NCBI GenBank assembly: GCA_964433975.1
Contig: CAYSSS010000002.1
Location: 34,441 to 98,440 of the forward strand
Reading direction: 5' to 3'
Length of the DNA stretch: 64,000 nucleotides
From: an uncultured Planctomycetia bacterium
GTDB taxonomy: Bacteria; Omnitrophota; Gorgyraeia; 2-01-FULL-45-10
Under the pieces are notes generated by a model that was not told the DNA's origin, did no database searches, and saw only the letters and a program-made list of their open reading frames with translations. Positions 44,341 to 56,300 of the stretch are shown here, in pieces. The position numbers and the translations under genes are program-made. The first letter of the stretch is position 1; every line of letters begins with the position of its first letter.

Positions 44341-47300
44341 ATAGAGTCTTTGCTAAATCCCGCAAAGCGCCTCAAGCGTCCGGTGTAGAAGGTAATAATA
44401 CCGGCGATACGACTCTCGCTATGTCATCCAACCTGCCGCTCGGCTATTCGCGCAAAGCTTTTAGGGATCTGGTAGGTTCGATAGACGCCCTAAAGTTAGG
44501 GAGGGACTGGGCGGTAGCGAAATTGGGAGATACCCATGTTACAGTAAGGCTCTTAGAAGACGGGACGGTAACCGCGGAAATTTCCACTCCCGCAGAGGTG
44601 GTGGAGTATAAAGCGGTTGTGGGTAGGGACGCGGCAAGAAAAGGTAAAACGGTTTCGGCAAAAGAGGCTCCGGAAAAGATCGAAGCGCTGAAGGCCACCG
44701 GGGTTCGCGTAGATGAGATTACAAGATCGTTCCTCGCAGATTTTATAATCCCCATAGCAAAAAGCAGCGATCGAAGATTAGACGACCAAATGATTATAGA
44801 TATTTTTTCCAGAAAGGGCAGGGGTGACCTCGAGAAATTATATTCAAGCCTTAGTCCTGAGGGAAGACAAGAGGTCAAAGATATAGTATCTAAGGCATTA
44901 AGCGTGGCGCAGACCAAAGTAGAGCTGCCGGAATCAGGCAGGCCTATGACTTCAGGTCCTGCAATAGTACCGACAGCGCCTAAAGCGCCGGCTCCTAAGT
45001 CCGTTTCAGTAACGCCCGTAATACAGTCAGACAAATTATTAAACGAGTATAGAGCGCTACAGGAAATATTAAAGAAAAATGGTGATACGCCGGAATTAAG
45101 GCGGGAACTTGTCCGATTGGCCACTGAGGCATACCGCACTTTTATAAATCCTCAATACAGCGAACTCAAATTCCAGACAGAAGCTAATATGGCATTATGG
45201 GGTTCCGAAAAGGAAGCGGTCAAGGTTCCGTGCGGAACAGGAAAGACAAAGATAGGCGTCACAGGTATTTTATATGACATTATGCTTGAGGCGGCAGCAG
45301 GCCGGGCGGGATCCGGACTCGTAACCACCACAACGGCCGCAAAGGCGCTCGATGGCGCCAGGGAAGCGTCTAAGGTCATCTGCCCGTTATCGGGTGCGAT
45401 GGTCATAGCTATCCAGCCGCCATCCAAAGCAGGCGAGGATAAGGCCGCATATGTATATGAATATGAAAACGGCAAAATGACCGAGAAAATTGTTGAGGCC
45501 TCCGCACTACCGGGGCTGTGTAGAAATAAAAATGTCGTAGTTTACGGCACGGCAACAGATTTTATGCACGGCTCGGGGCTTGAATTTGTGAGGGCCAAGC
45601 CGTCGCAATCATTCTTTACGGCAAGAGAATGGGTCTGGTATCTGGATGAGGGCGACCATGTTTTGGAAACAGAGAGAAGTAATAAGTACACGATCAGCGG
45701 ACAACCAATAGCTGATTGGAAAGAGCGCAATAATTTGCGCAAGGCGGTCATGGGGTTAGTTGCCGCGCCAGATGCAGAAAATGGCAGCATCAATTACGGC
45801 GATTTTTACTCAACAGAGGTTAAAGGAGAAAAACTCTATTATAAGGTAGACAAGTCGCGCGAGGTTTCGCTTACTTCCCATGGTAAAAAATATATTGGGG
45901 AATGGGCAAAAAAGAACGGATATGATGAAGACCGCGCGTTAGAGTATGCGGTTCAGGCTCTCACGGCTCTTTATTCCTATACGAGATTGGATGATTACGA
46001 AATACAAGATGGTGACATAGTCCCTTTGGGTCCCGGACTTCAGGCGGGAAAAGAGTTCGGCAATGGTATCAGCAACACTCTAAGAGCGTTATGGGGCCTT
46101 GAGCTTAAAGCGGAAACGAAGGATATCGTATTCTTGCCGATAGCGCCGATGCTAAGCGCTGTAAAGAATTGGAAAGGCAATCCTCTGGTAAAGAAGATAA
46201 GGTCGATGTCAGGCTCACATAATGAGACCTTGATGCATGAATATTATCCAGATATCCACTTCACGGATATAATTCCGGAAGGCCTGGAGATACAGAAGAC
46301 AGAATATAACCCACTTTTATTCGGGAAGAAGTCTGATAAGTATGAAGCCCTCGCCGAAGGCGTCATAGCAACTGCCAGCGGTTCGCCGGAAAAGCCGGGC
46401 TCTGCCGCCATAGTATGTTTTACCAATTCCAATACAATGGCTGAATTCATGAAGGTGCTGGGTTCTCCGCAAGGATGTGCCGTAGAGACTATCGATATAG
46501 AGACAAGAGTGGCGGCGGCCAGGAAAGACGGCAAGGCTATAACCCCCGAAGAAGCGATACTCGAAGTAGTGAAAGAGCGCGCCGGCAAGAAAAATACTAT
46601 AACAGTGATTACATATCTAGGCACGAGAGAGCTGGACTATAGAGAAGTCGACGATAGCGTAAAAGAGACAGGATTTACATTCTATAGCGGTGAAATGGAC
46701 AAGAACTTCGCCTCCTTCGTACAGGAAAAAGGACGCATCGGAAGACTGAGATTCGATCCGGTATCGGGACAGTTCGTGCTTGCGCCCGGCGTCTGGAAAG
46801 CCTATTGGTCCATGGAAGACACAATAGTAGAGAAAAGGGGGTATTTATTTACCGAAGAGTTCAATCCTTTGAGAAGGACGCTCGAAGGCATGAATGGCAG
46901 GCCTCTTATGATATCTGACGAAGGCCTTGGGCTTGTAAATCTGCCGCAAATCTCGCAAGGCAGGATAGCAAAATCGAATACCATAAGCGAATTCTTCCGT
47001 ATACTGGATGGGGAGCTTGCCGAGAGCGCTGAAAAGGAAGAGGCGATTGACAGATACATATTCGATCATGAGATAAATTGGGCAGGCGAAGCCCAAGAGG
47101 CCAACATAAGTACGGTGTGGGACGAATATATAGCTGTAAAAAACAGGCTCGGAAGCGGCCAATACGCAAATGGGCTCTTGAGCAATGAAAAACATAATCA
47201 GATGTTTACGGAAAAGATAACCGCTATCATAAGCGCTCTGGCCGGAGTAAAAACAGACATCGACCAAGACAAAGCTATCAATGACCTTGTGAAGGCGCTT

Positions 47301-50300
47301 AAAGATTCTTTCGAGGAGCAGTTCGGTATTCCGGACCTCGGTGTTCCAAAAAATATCTCTGATAAAGTGGCATACGAAATTTTAAGCCGATCCGACCTGG
47401 GCGCGGCATTGGCAAGCCATGCATTGACGGTCTTCGGTGAAATCGCAATGAGCGGCGTTGACAATGAGGGAAGCGATTTCTGGTGGGATATATCCGAGGC
47501 CCAAAGAAAGCTAGGTAAGCTAAAATGGGAAAGCCAGATGGCGGAGGTTAATTCCACAGTAGAGAACGCAATAACGAGAACCAGGAGATTCGCGGATACG
47601 CTCAAAGGAATGAACGAAGCCATAGCCAGTGTTTTCATCTCTCACATATATTATGGCAAAGAAGAGGCCTTACCGTCCGTTGAAACTAAAAAAGAATTTT
47701 CATTCGGATCGATCAAGGATAAGGCGATCAAATATGTTGTCAAGCCGGCGGGCATCGCCGCGTTATTTACGGCCGGAATCTGGCTATTAAGCAAAATATT
47801 CGCATTGACATCTCTTGTACCATCTATATTGCAGGGCAACTTCAATAATCCGAAATTCTTACAGACTATCGCTTCGTGGTTTGAAGCATTCCACATGATA
47901 CCGGAATTCCTGCGCTTATTGCCGGCCGGAAATATGATAGTGCTTGTGGCCATCGGAGCCGTCGCTTACCTTGCCTTAAGGCCTCTTATGAAAAAGATAG
48001 CGGCTAAAAGCGGCATAGAAGAAGCGGGACGGCTAAAGGCGCGCGGCGCGGGGACGGCCGGAGAGAGATTCGTCGTAACAAAGTATTTACTGAACAGATT
48101 TGTGTTCAGCATTACCAATAATGTATTTCCCATAATATCGGTGATCCTAATGGGTATCTCCGTAACGGGGAATGGATCAAATATCTTTAGCAGCATACTG
48201 AGCAATGTTATAGGATCCCCGACACCTCTCTTATTCATTTCAATGGCGCTCATGATCATTTCGATGGCGACCCATCTTATAGCCATAGGAATCTCCTATA
48301 ATAAGGTAAAGTCCAAAGTATCGTTTGAAAAGAGAACAGAAGCGGCGCTGGCATTTAAATTATTCGGAGCAACTCTCCTCTTGCCTTTAAGTATTACCGC
48401 TATTTGGGCGATCGCAGGCGTGGGCGTTATGTCCGTAGTAGCGACTCTATTCATATTGGCCATTTTGCCGTACATCATATTGAATACGTTCAAAACAGAT
48501 GACGAAAGATCGATCTTCGGAAAAATAAAAGAAGCATTTACGAAATCCTTCCTGAAAGAATGGGCCATCAAGACAGGCATAACGGGAGGCCTCCTGACAT
48601 ACGCTGCCTTCCTGCTTTTGCCTCTTGTTGTAGCAAATCCCGCCTCTCTTCTGGGGATCTTGGGGATTGGGGGCATATTAATGATGGTTCTTCCTATATA
48701 TCCTCTCGTGAAGGCGACATATAGAAGCTTTAATATGTTAAAAGATGTGAGGTCGCTGGGTAAGGAGAAACCTAAAAAGGCGGCGATCTCAGCGGGTATT
48801 CTGGCGGAATTAGGTATCTTAAAGTCCAGAGATTTTTGGATGTACGGCGCAGGGGCGGTTGCGTTGGCAGGGATGTTAGTGGGGCTCGCCAGGACGAATC
48901 CTTATATGGCGGTCGGCATATTGGCGGCTGCCTGTTTAGCGATAGCATCTTTTATGTTATTCTTAAAGAGTAAAAATTCGCTGGCATTGAGGTTGGCCAG
49001 GATATCTCCGGAAAAAATGTTGAAGGTTTTCGGAGTTATGACGCCCATTGTTGCAATTGGCGGGCCTGCTTTAGCAAGCGGGCTTCTTGTTACGCAAAAG
49101 ATGCCTGATGTTGAGGTTGCGAGAAGAGAAGAACAATCAAAGCAGGCACAAGCGGCGAGAGATAGGTTCCAGCAGTTGCCGGCAGAGACTAGAGAGGCAT
49201 TGGTAGCGGAAACAGGAGATATAATGAGCGGGCGTATTCCGGGAGAGGCTCAGGCGATGGCGCCGAAAGCACCCGAAGCCGCTCCACATACAGGGCTCGC
49301 TCCGCCCGCGACTGCAAAACCGGAGTTACAACCCGCGACTCAACCCACAAAAGCAGAAGAACCCAAAAAGATCGAAGAAAAGAAGGTGCCGAAAGAGTTC
49401 ACCGTTAATTGGTTAGCCGGAAATACAAGCCAGCAAGAGCTTCCACGCAGTTTCAGCATACCCGATAACAATCGTCAGGCAGTATTGGACGAGATCAAGA
49501 ATACAAATAAAGAAAATCCGGATACTGAAGCCGCTATTATTGCTTACGGCACGTCAATATATGACGGCCCGCTCTGGCAAATTGCAATGCAATTAGGAGA
49601 TAGGGATCAGGCCGCTAAAGCCGATACATTGACGGATGTTCTGTTGGAGGGCGCATTAGGCAAACAACATACTATAAGACACGAGGGCGGCCTTATATAC
49701 AGGATCATAAATTCCAATGGCGAATATGAATTTACAAATCCTCTTACAGGCAAACCGGACACCTGGAAAGATTGGGATCCGAGAACCGGAGATAACGCGT
49801 GGGCGGGTATAATAGGACCGCTTCAGGTAGCGTATAAAAAATATAACGGTAAGATCCCGGCCGACGCCAAGGAACTGAAGCTTGCCAGAGAAACCGCAAA
49901 AGCCGCCATGCTATTGATCGATGGTACGACCGGCGGATTCAGGATGGCTCCACAAGGTGTAGGGCCTAAGGACAAACCTCTCCACTTCTATAACGCCATC
50001 TCTACCGAAAATAATATCTCCCTATACGCGGGCTTGAGTATGCTTTACAAGATCACCGGTGACAAGGAATACAAGACAGCGATGGACGGCATAGAGAAAT
50101 ATCTTGAGGGAGTTTTCAATAAAGATACAGGTACATTCGACCAGGGGATGACTCTCAAGGATGGCAGCTGGACCAAGAATACTCAGTTTGCCACAGACTG
50201 CCAGACGTGGGCAATATCCGTATTAGGGCCTAAGAAGCTAGATGAGATGTTTGACGCCGGTACTGCCATGAAGATGTGGCAGGCGACTAAAACGAAGGCG

Positions 50301-53300
50301 GGACAGTTCGCGGACAATAAACTGATAGGCGTTGCCTATACCGAAGGCCAGACCGATGTAATATCGATCGAATGGACCGCCGGCGCGATAGAGTCGGCGT
50401 TAAAGATAGCAGATTATTACAAGGACTCGAACACGGTATGGACAGAAGAAGCGCTAGCCGATGCTGCCAGCATGAGAAGCGGCATAGAGAAGTATAGAAT
50501 GGATCTGGGCGATGGCAAGGCCGCATATCCCTATGCCTCAAAGCGCGTATATATACCATTTGAGCCCACAGGATGGTGGGCCCCTCCGACAAGCGTTGCC
50601 AGCACAGCCTCAACCGCATGGGTCGCGTTTATTGATAATAACTTCGATCCGTTCGTCTTAGGCGGCCGCGGCGGCATACCTATGGCATCGGGAATAAATG
50701 GTTACATGGAGCGCAAGGCCGAGGCCGTAAAAGATATGGGTAAGGCTATAGAGAAGCTTCGCGAAAAGGTATTACCGGATGCAGAAACTCCCCAGGATCT
50801 GAAGCCTTTCATGAAAGAATTTACAGAGAGTGTAAATAAACAGCAGAAGAAGGTGGAGGATTTCGCTTCCCAGAGTTTTGAAACGCTCGAAAACATGATG
50901 AAAGCCCGCCGCGCTTTCAACATGGAAGTCGCAGGGCTTCACGCCAGGTTTAGAAAAGAATTCGAGAATATAAACGCCGCGTTACAAGCGACCGAAAAAG
51001 CCACGAGCGTAGAGTTAGGGCTCCAGGACAAAGCCCGCTGGGAGGATGCTCAACAGACGCTTGCAGTTGACGACGATTTTATGTCAAGGAGCGTGGAATC
51101 CTTCAAGCCCCAGGCGGAATCGATCTATCGTTTTGAGGCGAGGGCGTTTGACAAAGATGACAAAGAGCGCAAAAGAGAGTACAGAGCCGACTTTGTGACA
51201 TCCAAAACGGTGGTGCTGAGAAGAACCTATCACGCGCTTTGGGTCATTCCAACCGGTTCCGATACAAGGATAGTTGATCTAAGTACGATGAAAGCCAATG
51301 ATCCCACTACAATAGACGGACGGAGCGTAAAATTCTTCTATGAGGACAAATCCGGGAGGCATTATGTAACACCCGGCGACCCGCTTGCCACAGGCGCTCT
51401 TGTCAACGGCGATGAGTACGAGATAGACAAAAGCGGGGAAGTGAAAGCGCTGCTCTCTAGTAAGGACGGGGATACAACAGTCATAAAAAGATCCAGAGAT
51501 GCCCAGGACTATCAATTTGAAGCGAAGTATTCAGAAAAAGACACATGGGGCAGCATCGGATATCTCGACGCTTTAAGGAAGGCGCAGATCAACGGGACAA
51601 AATTTACCGAGCGCTTGAATATAAACCAATTCGTCGCCATATATCTCCAGGAAAACCTGATGAAAGAGATAATCCAGCGCGACGCGGATCTCGCAGGGAT
51701 AAATATCAAATATGTTACTTTTGAGGGAGGGCCTAAAGGCAGCGTGGCCGTAAACGGAGCCGGCAGCGCGAACTTTGCCATAACACTACATTTCGATTCC
51801 CAGACGCTTTCCAAGAACCAGAAGGCGGCGTTGGAGAAGCTCATGAAGGATAAGAGGCTAGACGTCTTTGTATCAAATCTTACAAGTCTGGCGATAAATG
51901 ATTACACGGAGCTTGGAAGACAGCAGAAAGTTTACGCCGAAGCCGTCAAAGCGGTCAAGGCGGCTTCCGCCGCGGTTTCAGAAGACGCGAAATCGCGGGA
52001 AGAGAAACGGCACACTGATATAGCCGAAAACAAAGCCCGCTATGAAGACGCATGGGAAGAACTATTGTCGCAGTATGACGCTATAGAAGGGACTCAGCTA
52101 AGGCTGCGCGGAACGCTGGGCCTTACAAGCCCGTACTTTAACGGTTTCTTCATAGGCGTGGAAGATCTGCCGGATCGTCCGGAAGGAAGGGCCGATTCCG
52201 AAAAACAGTATCAGCACCAGGCCGATCTCTTATCTATCATGGCCGCCAGGCAAGGCGAGGATACGGCGGGACGGCCACTATGGGCCCTGGACCCAAGCTT
52301 GAGCGTGGCCTCAGAGGGCACGGTATCCTTAAATATATCGGCGACGATAAATATCACCGATTTTGGCTATACCTCCGCGGCCAAGCGTGCCGCTAAGACC
52401 GAGGCCGATCTGCAGGAGATATATTGCATACTCTCTATAATGGCTCGGGCTCTTAATATAAAGGAGTCGGAGTTAAACAATAAATTCATCGAGGACAGAT
52501 TAAAATCACTGGAAGGCCAGATAGCCATGGCGCAGGAGCTCTATGATCAGGCAGCGCAGGGGCGCGGCATCACGAACCGGGACCTCAAGAGAAACGACGC
52601 GGCTCGGGTACTGTATGGGCTTAAGAAAGAGCGCGAGGCGCTTGCCTCAACTTTGCAATACCTGATAATGACCCAGGATCCGGAGGCTCTCAAACTCAAG
52701 TTGATTGCGCCGAAGTCTCGAAGTGAAAAGAGTCTCGGGGACTGTCTAGAAACGCTTAACAAAAATATAATCGGAGATGCCAGGCCCGCCGAGCTTCCGG
52801 ACAGAGTTAAGGCGGCGATCAAAAATTCCTCAAACTTTACGGGCGCTTATGAGACCATCATTGCGGAGTGTCCGAGAGTGTGGGGGATGGAAGAGGCCAG
52901 GATGAGGCAGGCCCTGGTTGACGACAGATGGATAGCGACCCTGCTCAAAGACGATCCCAGTCTATCCGCCAATATAGGGGCCTCCTTGAGCCCCATTCCT
53001 GGTGTCAGCGCCGCTATGATGCTGGACTTCAGTCTGCTGCGTTCGGAGAGAGAGGCCTTCCTTAAGGAGATGGCCACGGCGGAACGATCCGGCGCAAAGA
53101 ACTACGTTAGCGTCGTCAGGAATTTCTATTACAAAATGCTGATAACCGGATGGTCCAAGGATATAGAACTGGGCACCACGATAGACAACCTGGATAAGAC
53201 GATAAAAGAGCTTGAGGCACACTACAAAGAGGTCAGCAGCGGATTTGATGTCCCGCCGGCTGAACGGAGATATAACAAAGCGAATCTGCTCGAGGCCAAG

Positions 53301-56300
53301 CTGAGTCTCGAAAATGCGAAGAGCATGAGAAGGCAATATGTAATGTGGAAAGAGGTAAACTCCCTCAGGATCAAGGAGGCGCTCGGTTATTCACTGAACG
53401 ACACATTGGACCTTGAGAGGAAGGATATCGCGTCTGTGCTCGGCGCGGCCTCGAAGGCCATAGAGAAATATGTCGCGGAAAATTATGATCCAAACGCTCC
53501 CGTTATGTATGCCCGCGATATGTATATGGCCTCTATCTCCGAGATAGGCGCCTCGAAATCGACTGAGCCGATCAGGATGAGTGTGGGCATCGGTTATCCG
53601 ACGGGCGTGGTGGTGGATGTAGGCGAGCCCGCATCCAGGCTCATTGTCGAACCATTACTTAATATCTTAGGGTTCAGGAGCGTCAGGCAGCGCCAGCAGG
53701 ATAGGTGGCAGATTGCCGCCAGAATGAAGAATAATGAAAGAGCGCTTGGGTTCATACTCGCCAGGCAGGACAGAGAGAATATGTTACGCGACCTGTCGGG
53801 GCAATATGAGGTGGCGAAGGTGACGGTGGATAGTATCGAAGGCCTGATAAAGGATCTGAAGGCAGAGATAGAGAGAGTCCCAACGATTTTAGGCTCGGAT
53901 GAAAAACGCCTGAGCGATATGAGATTGGAAATCATAAACTGTGAAGGTCTCCTCGATACGGCGCGGATCCAGTCCCACAGGCTGAAGGCTATGGTCGATC
54001 TTGAAAGCAGGCGTGATAAAGCTATGGATAAGGAACAGGCTAAGACTCCCATCGTTGTCACGGACCTGACATCGCTTGTAATGAATACGCTTCCTGAGAA
54101 CACGGATATACGGGACTTGATGGATACGAACGAAGCAATAGCTACCTACAAGATGAATCTCAAAGAGTCGGAGGGCATGAATATCCACGAAGGGATCCCC
54201 GTGGGCGGCACATATACCGGCCCGCAGACATGGGGCGCGGTAAGTATAGGCGTCGATTTTGCGCACCGCATTTATGAGCAGATACGCGAGAACGAGAGGC
54301 AAGGCAATAAGCTGCGGCTCGAGAAAGCCATCACAGGCAAGATAATCGGATACAGCTATTTATGGTCCGCATACCGGACAGAGGCCTACATATACGCGAA
54401 TCTTTTAGACAACAAGGCGCAGCTCGAAAAGACCGGGGGCAAGGCCGCAAGGAATGAACTGAGGAAGCTTATGCCCAAGCTGGAAGCGAGCAAGCAGAGT
54501 CTGATATCCCTTAAGAAAAATCTAGAGACGCAATTGAACCGGCAGGTCAGGATACAGGGATACGAAGTGGAGGATATAGAGAAGGATGATGGCTATAAGG
54601 CCGTTCTTGCCAAGGGCCTGATAGTACAATTCTCCCTCGATACTGAAGATCTCAGGATGAAGCTTGTGGATCTGGGGATGATAGATGTAGCCGAAATGAC
54701 AGAATTATCCATAGATTCGCAGCGCCTTTCCGTGCAGAATTCCGAAATGCTGATAAAAGGCTTTTCAGTAAATGCCGTAATACCAAAGATGGTGGATACC
54801 TCGCTCGGCATGGCGGATTCCGGCGGGGGCACTACGGCAGAAGACCGCGCGACTTTAAAGACGCTGCGTCAGACATATAAGACTCTTAAGTCACAGGCTC
54901 CACCGAAGCCGGCCCCGGGTGAGCCCCATCAGAGGTATGACAACTACATGCAGGGGCTTAAAGACTTGCATAAAGTAATAGGCAAGCTGGATGAGTCTGT
55001 CTCGGGCGCGTCATCGGCAGGTCCCGGTTTCTCAGGCGACCTGAAGACGCTCTTATTTGCCTCATTAAAATTGCCCGATCTGGCCGACATGTCCAGCGCA
55101 GAGGCCGCGCGCGTAAAACTCGAGCAGGCCCAATTGCTGGCTCTATTAAACAGCGATGAGACGTGGAAGGATATGAACGAGCTATTAAGGCAGTATAACA
55201 GCAACCTTGGCCTTCTTCGAAGCGCCATAAGGATTCAAAGGAATGCCCTGGATAAACTGATGCTGATGGAGAATAACGCAATAAGCTATCCCGTGCAGGA
55301 GCTGATCAACGCGCGGAGAGCTTTTGATGAGGCTACGCAGAAAGTCTTCAGGCGGGCGGAACACTATATCAGCGTACAGAATCACATCAATGTGTTGCTG
55401 CTACATTTTCGTCCGGACGGGTCTCTGCGGCTTGAGAATCTGGTCAAGCTAGAAAAATTATCGGTGGAGGCGTCTCCTAGCCTGGAAAGCCCGATGGTGG
55501 CCCACGATAAATTCCAGCAAGAAGCCGATGCGAAGATTAAAGCCTATCAGGAAGCCTTAGCGGCCCTTATCCAGAAAGGGCAGGTAAACGGTGACGGAAA
55601 GGCATATGTCGAGGCCGTGGAAAATGCGGACAAATCGATAAGCAGGCTGATGTCGGCGCTGGCCACCGGAGAGAATTATATGAAGAAGGAAGACAAGGTA
55701 TATTACGCTACGGAGTTCACGGAGATCCGCGACGCGTATGGCGATCTTGTCGGATTCAAAAAGGTAGGGACCCCTTATATGAAACTCGAGGATATTTCAC
55801 GTCAGGGCGGTGTTCGGGCGCTGCAAAGTAAAGAGCTTGAAGATCCGAATAAGCAATACAGGACGACGTTCCTGGCAGAGGACGGCACCATCCACCATAT
55901 AATACGCCATTTTGTGGCCGTAAGGTACAGCAGTAAAGGTCAGGTGCTGACGGGCTATAATATGGTCAGGGACGACGGTATAAAGGGTATGGTAGCCGAG
56001 GCGGGATTCCGCAACAGTGAAGAATTTGAGAAGGTATTCGGATGGACGCAGAAGGAGAGGGAGGATAAAGGTATCCTTGGGGTAAGTGAGGAATTTTCTC
56101 CTGAAAAGAAGGCGTCTCTTGGCCCGGACGCGTGGAAGACGGCAAGGATATGGCAGGTCTCCCGCCCCACCCAGGAACTGATGGCGCTGAGATATTTCGC
56201 GCGGGGAGATTATAAGGCGGCCATGACGGCGTATAACGGTTGGATAAAGATAAAGATCCAGGACAGAGTTACTCCGAATCCATTCAATGAGGCGCCCCAG

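Noticed and set aside
47740-49100. Calling the ~10-TM block after the SecA-like module a SecY homologue.
   Set aside because: Only the helix count matches. I saw no SecY signature sequences (plug/TM2, the GxGxSxxI-type motifs). It is kept as a hypothesis in the findings, not as an annotation.
53300-54450. TolC/outer-membrane-efflux-protein-like character in the helical region of the 42426 protein (e.g. GIPVGGTYTGPQTWGAVSIGVDFAHRIYEQ, alternating long helices).
   Set aside because: There is only a vague compositional resemblance. I could not align the duplicated OEP repeat or its conserved Pro/Gly turns by eye. It is left as unassigned helical or coiled-coil sequence until an HMM search is run.
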